This document shows positions 1-10,400 of a stretch of 64,000 nt of DNA, piece by piece; the first letter of the stretch is position 1; the number at the start of each line of letters is the position of its first letter. Source of the DNA: an uncultured Candidatus Saccharibacteria bacterium (GTDB lineage Bacteria; Patescibacteriota; WWE3; 2-01-FULL-39-13). The stretch spans positions 111,766 to 175,765 of the forward strand of contig CAYJKF010000001.1 in NCBI GenBank assembly GCA_964370865.1, read 5' to 3'. The notes beneath the pieces were generated by a model. It was not told where the DNA came from and searched no databases. It worked only from the letters and a program-made list of their open reading frames with translations. A program made the translations under genes and the position numbers.

Positions 1-95
1 TTAATGAAAAAGGATTAATAATTGGTTTTACAGTCTTCAGTGCGACCTATTTTTTCACCACCAATATAGATACGTTAAAACATATATCTATAACA

Positions 96-1181
96 TTGCC
101 AATTAGTGTATTGTTAATAGCAATCTCCTTGAAAAGTATTAGTAAAAAAACTTTGTTAATGATCAACATACTCCTACTATCACTTATATTATTAGGGTAT
201 CTTCCTTACCTAATTACCTTTCTGATAATAGGAATCCTATTGTTGCGACAAAAATCCTTTAATCACTTAAAAATCATGATAGCGATTAACCTCCTGTTTG
301 GAATAATTAGTTCGATTCTTTGGACTTGGGAACAATCCTTATATAACCTTACAAGATTCACATGGGTCCCACAAAATGATAAAACTCTCTATCAACTATT
401 CATGAAAGTATTTTCTGCTTATGAAGGAAACATCATCTCAGAAATACTCCTTTTGATATTAATAGCCGCTGCTATTTATCAGATATATTTTGTAATCAAA
501 AATAAAAATATACATCCTTATTGGAACTATCTTCTATCATTTTTTCTCATATCCATTGTACTAGGCTATGCTCTCTCCTTAAATGTTAGGGTACGCTATA
601 ATCCATTATTTATATTAAGTTTCTTTATTCTATCTGGGTACGGATTATTAAAATTTCCTTTCCGTTATGTCTATATTACAACGCTCTTAATCACTTTATC
701 GCTAAGCACTGTTTCATTTATAGAATTAGAAAGAAGTGACAAATTTTATTTTAATAAATTAAATAATACGATTGCTCAAAAGACAAATCCCAATTTACGA
801 TACAAACTAATTGCATACCCGGATGTTAAACCATATGTCTATCTAGAAGGAACAATAACGGCTAGTGCTAACATAATTCCGAGTAATATAATCACGGATT
901 TTAGTACAAAACATGAAATTTTTGATAGACGTGTAATAGCTAGCGAAGGGCAACTGGATAAATTTCTAGATTCTCCAAATGAAGATCAATTGCGGACATT
1001 CGAAAAATTTATAACGCAAAATAATGATATTGATTCATTTATCTTATTGTTGGAACCAACTAAAGGCGATCAGCGACAATTTCTTTTAATTAATTTATTT
1101 GAAAAGTATTGTCAACCAGAATCTATAGAAGCGTTGAATTATTCGGTCTCGATAAGCTTCTATAACAAATGCGAAATATAA
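96..1181 (+). CDS. hypothetical polytopic membrane protein (N-terminal multi-TM, C-terminal soluble domain)
   Basis: 361-aa ORF. The N-terminal ~200 aa consist of successive hydrophobic helices, and the C-terminal half is hydrophilic. No recognisable family motif. Confidence 0.4.
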   Translation: MPISVLLIAISLKSISKKTLLMINILLLSLILLGYLPYLITFLIIGILLLRQKSFNHLKIMIAINLLFGIISSILWTWEQSLYNLTRFTWVPQNDKTLYQLFMKVFSAYEGNIISEILLLILIAAAIYQIYFVIKNKNIHPYWNYLLSFFLISIVLGYALSLNVRVRYNPLFILSFFILSGYGLLKFPFRYVYITTLLITLSLSTVSFIELERSDKFYFNKLNNTIAQKTNPNLRYKLIAYPDVKPYVYLEGTITASANIIPSNIITDFSTKHEIFDRRVIASEGQLDKFLDSPNEDQLRTFEKFITQNNDIDSFILLLEPTKGDQRQFLLINLFEKYCQPESIEALNYSVSISFYNKCEI

Positions 1182-1202
1182 ATTCGGTGAAAATAATACC
1201 AC

Positions 1203-1565
1203 TTAACTACCATCACCTGCTGAAAAAGGCGGATTAAAATAACTATTATCTCCTTCAGAATAACCTAATAGCTTCAAGACTAGCCCTAAGAAAAAGGTTA
1301 TATATGGTAAAGAAATTAATCCTAATACTGCGAAAACAATATTAGTTAAGCCCTCTCTTAGTTTCGTCATAGCATCTTCACTAGGAGATTTAACTACATT
1401 CATAATCGCCATGAAAACATTATATGCCACGAAAACTAACATAATCGCAAAAAGAAAATAATAAACAACATTTAATCCGACATTAGAAATTTGACCAAAA
1501 GAGGATATGAAATCAGATATATTTGTTGGGTCTGGGATACAATTTTCTACATCAGTACATGCCAT
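1203..1565 (-). CDS. small two-helix membrane protein, VirB2/TrbC-pilin-like paralog (third copy)
   Basis: 120 aa with two hydrophobic helices separated by a short loop SPSEDAMTKLREG. It shares the YxLGWA...F.G...L..L.YKL...EEAM....K..V.GL.SL.LGWL..FVGG pattern with 1570..1929 and 2033..2455. It lies 4 nt downstream of the previous paralog. Confidence 0.45.
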   Translation of the reverse strand: MACTDVENCIPDPTNISDFISSFGQISNVGLNVVYYFLFAIMLVFVAYNVFMAIMNVVKSPSEDAMTKLREGLTNIVFAVLGLISLPYITFFLGLVLKLLGYSEGDNSYFNPPFSAGDGS

Positions 1566-1569
1566 CTTT

Positions 1570-1929
1570 TTATTTCAATAAAGTAGGAATAACAAATTGA
1601 ACATTAACTCCGATTAGTCCTCCAACAAATTGTACTAGCCATCCAAGACTTAATGATAGTAAACCTAATACTACTATTACAACGGCCTTCTTGATACCGT
1701 TACTGAAATCAGCCATTGCTTCCTCGCTATCTGATTGGGATAGTTTGTATACTAGCATCATAAGAGTGTATGCAAGTCCAATAAAGGTTAACGCCCATCC
1801 AAGGTAAGAAAACAAATTCAATAGAAAATTGAAGATAGAATACATGCTATCAACTTGTCCGATTTCTGGTAATACTCCAAGATCCTCCTCGGTTATCGCA
1901 TAAGCTTTCTTCACAATAAAATCCATCAT
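1570..1929 (-). CDS. small two-helix membrane protein, VirB2/TrbC-pilin-like paralog (second copy)
   Basis: 119 aa. The motifs YLGWALTFIGLAYTLMMLVYKLSQSDSEEAMADF and LGLLSLSLGWLVQFVGGLIG align almost position by position with the 2033..2455 product. Confidence 0.5.
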   Translation of the reverse strand: MMDFIVKKAYAITEEDLGVLPEIGQVDSMYSIFNFLLNLFSYLGWALTFIGLAYTLMMLVYKLSQSDSEEAMADFSNGIKKAVVIVVLGLLSLSLGWLVQFVGGLIGVNVQFVIPTLLK

Positions 1930-1943
1930 TATTTATATTCTAG

Positions 1944-1976
1944 CAAAAAAGAACGGGGTGCTAAAGCACCCCGTTC
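1944..1976 (-). terminator. rho-independent terminator after first pilin-like gene
   Basis: Perfect 11-bp GC-rich stem gaacggggtgc/gcaccccgttc (1951-1961/1966-1976) with a 4-nt loop. On the minus strand it is followed by TTTTTT (plus-strand aaaaaa at 1945-1950). It sits between the stop of 2033..2455 and the start of 1570..1929. Confidence 0.6.
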
Positions 1977-2032
1977 TTACTCCAAGATGCACTTTTATAA
2001 CTGCATCCTTCAATACCTAAATCGAGTTGTTA

Positions 2033-2455
2033 CTATCCAACAGCAGACACTGGTACATCTGTGAACGGATCAGTTGGTGTTATTTCGTATCCGAAAATTC
2101 CACCTACGAATGTAATTAACCATCCTAAACTCAAAAGTAACAATCCTGCAATAACAATCAAAACTGCCTTAGTTATATAACCTTGTACAGTCTTCATGGC
2201 CTCTTCATTATCTGCATTAAAAAGTTTATATATTAATGAGAATAAAACGAAACCAATTCCAATAAATACCCCCGCCCATCCAAGATACCTAAAGATATTA
2301 TAAACAAACAACAATATCGTATTAAGACCCTCTAGATCTCCGAAATCATTACTCGCTGAATACTCAGTACCCACTAACTCTTGTGCAAATGAAGGAGTCA
2401 CCAATAAAACAAACATTCCAGTGTACGCTGCTAAAATTCCATATAACTTTTTCAT
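2033..2455 (-). CDS. secreted two-helix membrane protein, VirB2/TrbC-pilin-like (putative major subunit)
   Basis: 140 aa. N-terminal signal-peptide-like segment (MKKLYGILAAYTGMFVLLVTPSFAQ), then two hydrophobic helices flanking NADNEEAMKTVQGY. Strong SD AGGAGGTG sits 4-5 nt upstream of the ATG (reverse complement of 2456-2475), and the gene has its own terminator. Confidence 0.55.
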   Translation of the reverse strand: MKKLYGILAAYTGMFVLLVTPSFAQELVGTEYSASNDFGDLEGLNTILLFVYNIFRYLGWAGVFIGIGFVLFSLIYKLFNADNEEAMKTVQGYITKAVLIVIAGLLLLSLGWLITFVGGIFGYEITPTDPFTDVPVSAVG

Positions 2456-2601
2456 AATTCACCTCCTAAGGTAAAAATATTTTAATAAATATTAACTATT
2501 CAACTGAATAAATTCTATACAATAAACCAGATAAACACAACAAACAAGGCAACAGCAGATAATAGCACAACCAGGGTCAAATTGGTATACTTGTCCTAAT
2601 T

Positions 2602-4470
2602 ATGCCTGCCAATTTACGCTCAAAAATTAATAAAATTTTAGGGAACCTATTAATAGTCTTTTTATTGTTAGCGGGATTTACCTTATTTGCTACAAATACC
2701 CTAGCTGATGAAGCCGAAGATTTAAAAAAAATTGAAGAAGAAATCAAGAAACAAGAAAAAGAGCTTAAAGAAACCGAATCTGAACTTAACAAGGTCCGAG
2801 ATAAATCAAAGCAGATTTCAGATACCCTATCGAAACTCTCTGGTAATTTAAATCTAAATCAATCTCAAATAGACGATCTGCAAAAAAATATAGATGAACT
2901 TACAGTAGATATTAATAATTTAGACAAGAAAATGGGGATAAAAAAGGGCGATTTAGAACAAAATACTAAAATCAGAGATATTGCCCTTAAAGAGCTCTAT
3001 ATAAACAACAAGAAAAATCTTGCAGAAGTAGTTTTAGCCGAATCAGGTGTAAGCCAAATGTTCGAAACAGCAGCTTACTACTTCAATTTTGTGAACAACT
3101 CAGAATCACTAATTAGTCTTATAAATGGGGATATAAAGGGATACGAAGAAGACAAAAACGAAGTCGCCGAGATCAAAGCAAAAATCGAGACTCAAAAAGA
3201 CCAACTTAAAAAAGTAGTTGATCAACTGGCTGCTCAAGTAAATAAATCAAAGACTGACCTAGCCTCAACTGAAAAAGATGCTAATTCACTCGAAGGTGAG
3301 AAACAGAACATTCAAAGAAAACTATCAGAACTATCAGCAAAACAGCAAGCAATTTTAGGTGAGAAGACAGATAGTGGAACATTCACAACGAGTGTAGGAG
3401 ATATCCCTATGACAGGTGAAGCAAGTTCACGCGCTGACTTTAATCCTGGTTTTAAAAAAGCCTTCGCTGGATTCTCTTTTGGCGCACCACATAGAAAAGG
3501 TCTTAGCCAATATGGAGCAAAAGGCCGCGCTGAAGATGGCCAAGATTATAAGGAAATACTCAAAGCATATTATGGTGATATAGAAATTGTTGAAATGAGC
3601 GGACTTCCAAAAAACATATCCACCGATAAGGGTTCGCTAGAATTAGATGGTAAGTATCTAAATGGTCTAGCAGAAATGCCTGCTTCGTGGCATAAAGAAG
3701 CACTAAAAGCTCAAGCAGTCGCAGCAAGAACCTATGCACTTTCATATGTTGGATGGCGAGTCTCCGATAAAGAAGCCAAAAAATCTATTTGTACAACAGA
3801 AAGCTGCCAAGTGTGGTCATCCAGCAAAGCAACTGCTTCATCTGCGGCAAGTTGGCACAAAGCCGTAAGCGACACAAAGTCAGAAGTTATGGTAAGTAAA
3901 AAATCTGGTGATATATTCTCTGCCTTTTATGCAGCTTCATCTGGAGGATATAACTACAGTTATTCTAGTATCGGACACAGTACAAAAGGCGGCTGGGACA
4001 CAGAATGTGGCTCCAAAAACTGCTGGACTAGCGAAGCTTACGAAAGTAAAGGTGGTTCACCCTGGTTTTATAAAGGATGGTATAAATCAAGATCAAATAA
4101 AGCCTGTGGAAGATCTCACCCATGGCTAACCGAAAGTGAATTTGCAGATATAGTAGGAGCAGCTGTTCTCTACACTAAAGATGAAGGAAATGAGGCGCAT
4201 CTATCTCAAATTGATGCACAATCCTGCTGGGGTGAAAGTATAAGTGGAACATGGTCGAGAGATACAGTTAAGGAAAAAACTGGAATAACGAGCGTAGACA
4301 GCGTTTCTGTAAGTTACTCTAACGGTGGAACGACGGCTGAAGTGAAAATAAAAACTAATAAAGGCGAATATAAATTTAGCGGAGAGGACTTTAGAGATAT
4401 ATTTAATCTGAGAGCACCTGGAGTGCTAAATATAAAAAGCGCCTTATACAATATTGAAGTTAAAGATTAA
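2602..4470 (+). CDS. membrane-anchored coiled-coil protein with C-terminal SpoIID/LytB-type domain (peptidoglycan-remodelling)
   Basis: 622 aa. N-terminal TM/signal (ILGNLLIVFLLLAGFTLFA). About 250 aa of heptad-like K/E/L/Q-rich sequence follows. The C-terminal region carries EMPASWHKEALKAQAVAARTYALSY, which I recognise as the conserved SpoIID/LytB signature. Confidence 0.6.
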   Translation: MPANLRSKINKILGNLLIVFLLLAGFTLFATNTLADEAEDLKKIEEEIKKQEKELKETESELNKVRDKSKQISDTLSKLSGNLNLNQSQIDDLQKNIDELTVDINNLDKKMGIKKGDLEQNTKIRDIALKELYINNKKNLAEVVLAESGVSQMFETAAYYFNFVNNSESLISLINGDIKGYEEDKNEVAEIKAKIETQKDQLKKVVDQLAAQVNKSKTDLASTEKDANSLEGEKQNIQRKLSELSAKQQAILGEKTDSGTFTTSVGDIPMTGEASSRADFNPGFKKAFAGFSFGAPHRKGLSQYGAKGRAEDGQDYKEILKAYYGDIEIVEMSGLPKNISTDKGSLELDGKYLNGLAEMPASWHKEALKAQAVAARTYALSYVGWRVSDKEAKKSICTTESCQVWSSSKATASSAASWHKAVSDTKSEVMVSKKSGDIFSAFYAASSGGYNYSYSSIGHSTKGGWDTECGSKNCWTSEAYESKGGSPWFYKGWYKSRSNKACGRSHPWLTESEFADIVGAAVLYTKDEGNEAHLSQIDAQSCWGESISGTWSRDTVKEKTGITSVDSVSVSYSNGGTTAEVKIKTNKGEYKFSGEDFRDIFNLRAPGVLNIKSALYNIEVKD

Positions 4471-4471
4471 T

Positions 4472-5461
4472 CTAAAGTACACCAAACAAATCGGTTACCA
4501 CAATTCTAACAATCACACCTGAAAGAATTATTAAAAATAATCCTTGTATCCAAGACATGAACATATCTTTTCCCTTTTGAATTGTTGCTGGATCACCGCT
4601 AGATAAGTTAAGACCAATTAGTGGAAGCATAAAGAGCGAAGAAACAACACCAAGTCCTATTGCTAAGATATGTGCATTTGATCCAAGTGCAGTAAAACAA
4701 GACTCAATTCCAGCATCTGGACTACAACCCTCAAATAGTCCCCCATCAAATTCAAAACCGGGACCACTTAAGGGATCTCCAGGCACTGGTACATCTGGAT
4801 CACCAGGCGCATCCACTGGGTCGGGATCGCCTTCTATTGGCTCTGGAACATCATCCTCGTCAAGCGGTGCAGTGTAATCGAAGTAGAATGGTTGCAAACC
4901 CAAGGCGTCACCATAAAATATGCTACCATCTCGCGCAGGATCCCTTACTGGCCTTAGATAGGATAAGTTGTAACTAGCATTGTCATTCAGTTCCTGAATC
5001 ATCGCTGTCGGCAATAAAGGGTTTAACGGAATTCTAAGACCTGCACCCGAAAATAATGCATCTAGGGCGGTAGAAAGTTCTGTCGCTTTTGCTTGGGTAA
5101 CTTCAGAAGGTGAATCTACGCCCAACATTTGAGTATATAACAATGCGTTTAGGCTAAAACTAAACATATCCCCTCCTGCAATTGGTACAATTTCTCCGTC
5201 TTGCACTGAATAATCACCAATGACGATAATATAGTCATTTACATAATCACCTGATTCTCCAATTCCATCCCAAGGAATTGGACTATAAGTAAGGGGGTTG
5301 AAAGTAATATCTTTAAGCGTTAAGTACATCATTCCATCCTCTGGGTCCTGTTCGTAACCAATTCCACCAATCAATACGTCATCCTGGGCATATAATGGAC
5401 TTGAAGATAAAAGAAAAAAGAAAATACCAAGTAATCCTAAAATTAATTTGTTTGTTATCAT
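4472..5461 (-). CDS. secreted Asp/Pro-rich protein with C-terminal hydrophobic hairpin
   Basis: 329 aa. Signal peptide ending LYAQ|DD. Acidic proline-rich stretch DPDPVDAPGDPDVPVPGDP. Two C-terminal hydrophobic helices. It is convergent with 2602..4470 with a 1-nt gap. Confidence 0.4.
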   Translation of the reverse strand: MITNKLILGLLGIFFFLLSSSPLYAQDDVLIGGIGYEQDPEDGMMYLTLKDITFNPLTYSPIPWDGIGESGDYVNDYIIVIGDYSVQDGEIVPIAGGDMFSFSLNALLYTQMLGVDSPSEVTQAKATELSTALDALFSGAGLRIPLNPLLPTAMIQELNDNASYNLSYLRPVRDPARDGSIFYGDALGLQPFYFDYTAPLDEDDVPEPIEGDPDPVDAPGDPDVPVPGDPLSGPGFEFDGGLFEGCSPDAGIESCFTALGSNAHILAIGLGVVSSLFMLPLIGLNLSSGDPATIQKGKDMFMSWIQGLFLIILSGVIVRIVVTDLFGVL

Positions 5462-5513
5462 TTACATAAATTTAACAGATAGCATTTAAAACTTCTATGC
5501 TAAAATATTTCTA

Positions 5514-5927
5514 ATGACAAATAGAAACAGTCGATTATTGGTTTTATTCTCAATTGCAAGCGCAGAGATTTCTTTTTTACTACCTCGGTATGCATATGCC
5601 CAAGGATGCCAATACGATTTGGATGGAGATCCCCCTGAATTTGGGCCTTATATAGTTTCGTGTTTCCCTAATGTATGGTCAACGATGAGTACACTTATGA
5701 TTGCAGTCGCAATAGGCAGCGCGATGTTACTTCTTTTTACTACTATTAGAGCAAGAAACAATCCTAAAAATTTAGAAACCATTCCTTCGAGATGGATGAA
5801 TTTGATTTTATTTGCCCTTCTAGCAATTGGAGTAGGGGGAACATTATTGAATTTCTTATTAGGCCTTATTGGAGCTGGAAGAGTTCAAACATACATCGAT
5901 ATGCTAGAAAGTGTTTTAAATCCTTAA
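5514..5927 (+). CDS. small secreted membrane protein (signal peptide + two C-terminal helices)
   Basis: 137 aa. Signal-like N-terminus ending AYAQ|GC, a Cys-containing short domain, then two hydrophobic helices. Its architecture resembles the pilin-like set. Confidence 0.35.
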   Translation: MTNRNSRLLVLFSIASAEISFLLPRYAYAQGCQYDLDGDPPEFGPYIVSCFPNVWSTMSTLMIAVAIGSAMLLLFTTIRARNNPKNLETIPSRWMNLILFALLAIGVGGTLLNFLLGLIGAGRVQTYIDMLESVLNP

Positions 5928-5939
5928 AGAAATTTTATT

Positions 5940-7397
5940 CTATTTTCTCTTTTTTGGTCCTGCATCTTCTCCACCGAATAGGGGTTGAACTCCAAGTAAG
6001 CCATCTACAATTTTTCTAGCATTTCTTGCTTTCCAAATTATAGAAATACCAAGAAGCCCCTTTAGTAATACGAACCAAAATTCTAATGTTGTATTAATTA
6101 TATTAAACCCGCTAAACAAAGACTCGCCACTGACATCAGGAGCTATACTCATAATTCCCAAACCTATGACTACAAGAAGGAGCAATAACGGTAATGCAAT
6201 TACATCTGAAACGATTCTCTTTCCAAGATTCATAGCAAGACCCTGTTTACCAGGTAGAACTGATAATAAACCAACAAATGGCGCAAGAACGATTGTTGAT
6301 ACAAGGGATACAAAAATCTTAATGAAACCCCAAAGCCCCGCAAACATAACTACTACTATACCTACAATTGCGGCGACCAAAAAAAGTGCCATTCCAACAC
6401 CATATACGTGTAATCTACTTATTACTCCTATGGCACTATTTAGTGCTCCAACTGCAATAGTCCATACACTAATATCCTGAACCGTGCCCCCCATAATACT
6501 CACGAGTAAGGTTGCCCCGATCCTTAAAGCAAGACCGAGTAGAGGCGGGATTAATGCAAAAGCAGCACTAATAATCGGATAGGATAATAAAATTATTCCA
6601 AGTCCTAGCGGTATTAATGGAAGTACGGAATAAACTGACACCGTGACTTGAGGAGAAATTTTAGTTCTAAACATAATCATCAAACCTACGAGTGCTAGAG
6701 CTGCTCCGAAAAGTGCCAAAGAAATATTTCGTGTAATTTTCCAAGACTCTAAAACAAACTTCTCAAAGGTAGAACCAAAAAAACCGCTCTGAGCATAGGC
6801 CGGTGTAGTAAAAATTGTATTTCCTAAAGTATCGTCAACATATAAAGCTAAATTTGTAGGAATTGGTGCCGTATTAGGTGAAGTCAAGAAGGCGAGACTA
6901 TTACTACCTATATGCCCCAAGCCGTTAGGAATTCTGACATACTCACCTTTTCCAAGATCATTAAAATTTGTTGCATTTGTCCATGTTGCGGCTGGGTCAA
7001 TACAAACTCCACTTTCTAAAAGCTCTTCCATTGTTTGATCGCATACATGTTGAGTTATATTGTTATAAACCAAATTTTGCATTAAAAATGATTGCCCCCA
7101 CATATTCGCATTTAATTCGCATTGACCATCTGAATCTACAAATTCTTTGAAACCACACCATAGGTTGTATACAGAAGATAATGATCTCCAAGCTTGTACG
7201 CCAGCTGTAACCGGATTGATAGCCTCTGCAGGAGTTGGATCTACTAATGCTCCAACTTGTGCATTTGTGGCATTTGGTTTTAATAGTGCAGACATTAAAA
7301 CAGCAAAAATGAAAATTGATAAGGCAAAGGGGAATACCCTGTCACCAAAGTTTTGTATTTTTCTAATTAATGAGAATAAAGCGACGATAATATTCAT
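5940..7397 (-). CDS. polytopic membrane protein, VirB6/TrbL-like candidate
   Basis: 485 aa. N-terminal signal/TM, a ~180-aa extracytoplasmic region, then at least 6 hydrophobic helices and a basic C-terminal tail (KKRK). The call rests on topology and genomic context only. Confidence 0.4.
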   Translation of the reverse strand: MNIIVALFSLIRKIQNFGDRVFPFALSIFIFAVLMSALLKPNATNAQVGALVDPTPAEAINPVTAGVQAWRSLSSVYNLWCGFKEFVDSDGQCELNANMWGQSFLMQNLVYNNITQHVCDQTMEELLESGVCIDPAATWTNATNFNDLGKGEYVRIPNGLGHIGSNSLAFLTSPNTAPIPTNLALYVDDTLGNTIFTTPAYAQSGFFGSTFEKFVLESWKITRNISLALFGAALALVGLMIMFRTKISPQVTVSVYSVLPLIPLGLGIILLSYPIISAAFALIPPLLGLALRIGATLLVSIMGGTVQDISVWTIAVGALNSAIGVISRLHVYGVGMALFLVAAIVGIVVVMFAGLWGFIKIFVSLVSTIVLAPFVGLLSVLPGKQGLAMNLGKRIVSDVIALPLLLLLVVIGLGIMSIAPDVSGESLFSGFNIINTTLEFWFVLLKGLLGISIIWKARNARKIVDGLLGVQPLFGGEDAGPKKRK

Positions 7398-7496
7398 AAA
7401 TATAATTAAAGTTATTCTACAAAATATAGAAACTAATACAAGCTATATAAATATCATTAACTACGTTTTTTTTGGTAGACTTTACTAAATTAATTT

Positions 7497-10400
7497 ATGC
7501 CACCAAAAAAGTTCGAGAAACCAGTCACATTTTCTGGATGGGTTGAAGATATATTTAATCTTCCTAAAGAAGTAACTAACCAGACATTCGGAGTAATAAA
7601 AACAAAACACCAAGAATATTTGGTATGGGTAGCTAAAGCTCGTGCCTCGGATGCTGATTATGCTGAAGCAGATTTAATTCGAGCTTTTACTGAAGGTGCA
7701 GAAGCTTTATCAGATTTACAGGGTATAAATACAACTATTAAAGTTAATGAACTATACGCGAAACCTATCAATACTATTAAAGCTCTGGGACAAAGCACTC
7801 TTAAACAATTGACTGACATGGATGATCTCGCTGGTTATCGACGTGCTGATGCAATCGCTAGGTTAACCAAGGGGCAAGTTACAGACGGACGAGGTAACAT
7901 ACCAAACAGCAGATATATTGATGTTGGTCGGTCAATCAATAATCCTCAAAATTTGATCTTAAAGGGACTAACTACTTCTAGAATAATTCCTCTAAAGCCT
8001 GACGCACTAGTAGAAACCACTCCTAGTGGAAAACTGCGATCAACCATGCAACTTGTAAAAGACGTAACGGAAGGAAAAGATCCAGCAGGTGTTGGAGATT
8101 GGGAAGATCGAAAAGTTGTGGAGGATGGTGTCGGCAGGGATCAACAACATAAACCGTATTTACAACTTTCCGGAGCGTTTTCGCAAATGGCAATGGGTCT
8201 TGAGTCCTATGGCTCAAGGTTAAGTCCAAAAATTACAGTTAATACCCAATACGGTCGCGCACTTGCACAAGAAGTAGGAATTGACCTGGAAAAGGTTTTA
8301 AACGGATCAAGAGGCGGATTGAAAGCCAGTTATGACCTAGACATTAAAGATGCAGTAAGCGGAAGACCAAAATTCCTAAAAGATAATAGACTCAAAAAGA
8401 GTGGAGCAGTAACAATAGGTTCTCTGCATCTCACACTAGCAGACGATGCTGGCGGTGATATTCGGAAATTATTATCCGATGACAATTTAATAGCTAAAGC
8501 ATTATCGATTAGCCCTACTGAATACACAAGTATGAGTGGTGAAGTCAAAGAATTCTTCAAAAACTTTTTAGAAAACGAAGAAATTCAGATTCGTTCCGGT
8601 TATTTAAATCCAAGGGGCGAACTTGGTGAAGAAATAAAAGCAAAATGGAATAATGCGGGACTCGTTCCCTCTCTAGAAGGCGAAATATACACTGGTGCAG
8701 GTGCTGCTTATATTAAGAATGACTTATATCATCTATCGAATGCAAAAAGTACAAAACAGTATCTATTAGGTGATGCGTCGCAAAAACAAATTAAAGCTGA
8801 GGCCTTAAAATCTTTGAAAAAAAAATACGGACATGACGCAAAGCTATTAACAGAAAAGACCGAAGAATTTTATGACAGATTGGCTGCGTTAAATGAAGCT
8901 ACGGTATCTGCCAACACCTTATTCGCCTCTGCAACAGTTAAAGATGCACTTAAAGCTATAAAAGATGGCGATTTTATTAAAGCAGCAATCGTCAATACAA
9001 GATTGCTGGGAATGATTCCGTTTTCAAACAAAAAGATGAGATCTCCAATCGAGTGGGCTGAAATTCTTATGCCTGATAGTGCACAAGATATCATCAATAA
9101 GGGAATAAATAGACTAACTAAACCGAAAATCGATGAGTTAAAGAGATTAGCATCAAGTACGACAGATCCGGTAATTCAACAAAGATACCTTAATCAAATT
9201 AAGAATCTAGAAGGTCTGAAAAACTGGATTAATCCAATTACAATTGCCAAGAAAGTTAGCGATACCGCACAGACAGCCATTGGTATTAAGGTAAAAGGAA
9301 GTCAATTAAACGCTGCACAAAAATTGATAAATGAGCAGACCGGACTGTTCAACTCAACTGTCTTCCTGGAATGGAGACAAAGAGATCCCGTATCCATGCA
9401 AAACGCTAAACGCTACACCATGACGCGAGTAAGTTCAAAAGATGCACAAGGCTTATATGGTAAATTTGGGGTTTTTAGTATTTTTGAAGACATAGAAGCA
9501 GCAAATTTATTCGCACATCCAAGCCTATCTGGCCTCCCATATATACATGATATGCAAACGATGTTTACTGATTTATCAAACATCGATGCATTCTATGCGG
9601 AATTAGCTCGAGTTCAGAGCCATTTAAAAGCGGGGACTCCAATACCTGCGGATTTATTAGATTTTTATAACAACGTCGTAGTACCAATGAATTTCCACGA
9701 GGCATTAGGAGGTGCGGGGGAGTTTGTCATCGACAAGGTAATGGATGGATACAATCAATATAAAGTATCAGGCAAAGTTTTACTTAATAAAATATCTGAT
9801 GACGCGAAAATGGGAGTTGGCAAATTGCATGCCATTGACAGGTGGCAATTTTTAAAAACCTTCAAAGGAAGTGGCCGTGCATCACAACTAAATGATTTAT
9901 ATACAGGCTGGTTAACAAAATATAACCGCTATGCCAACTTCTTCAATGATTACATCCAAAAAAATATTATATTTGGCGATGTACTACTTGGTGTACCTAT
10001 CTTGGGAAAACTTTTTGCTCCTATTCAGGCAGTCTTACGTACGATTGGATTTAGCGAGGAAGTTACAATTGCGGCAACTGTGAGACAGTGGAAATGGGTT
10101 CAACGGCTAATCGGAACAGGAGAAAAAGCGTCGAACATAGGGGGATCACTTTCGGCACGAAGCAGTGGTTCATTATTTGTTAAATCAAGATTTTTAAGGA
10201 ATTTAACATCAAAGTTAACAGGAAAATTTGCTGGCACAGCATTAAAAGGATTAGGATTTGCACTTAAAGGTTTAACCTCTGTAATAACTGGTGGTGTAGC
10301 TTTTGTAGTTTCCACTCTCGGTACGATGGCGTTCAGTGCCAGTTTAAAACTTATTAGAGGTGATGTAAAAGGCGCAAAAATCGCGATTAAAGATGAATTT

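Noticed and set aside
3560-4129. ORFs 3560..3745(-) and 3908..4129(+) inside the SpoIID-domain gene
   Set aside because: They are fully embedded in, or antisense to, a 622-aa ORF with a recognisable domain. They are short, with no motif or RBS, and are likely frame-shadow ORFs.
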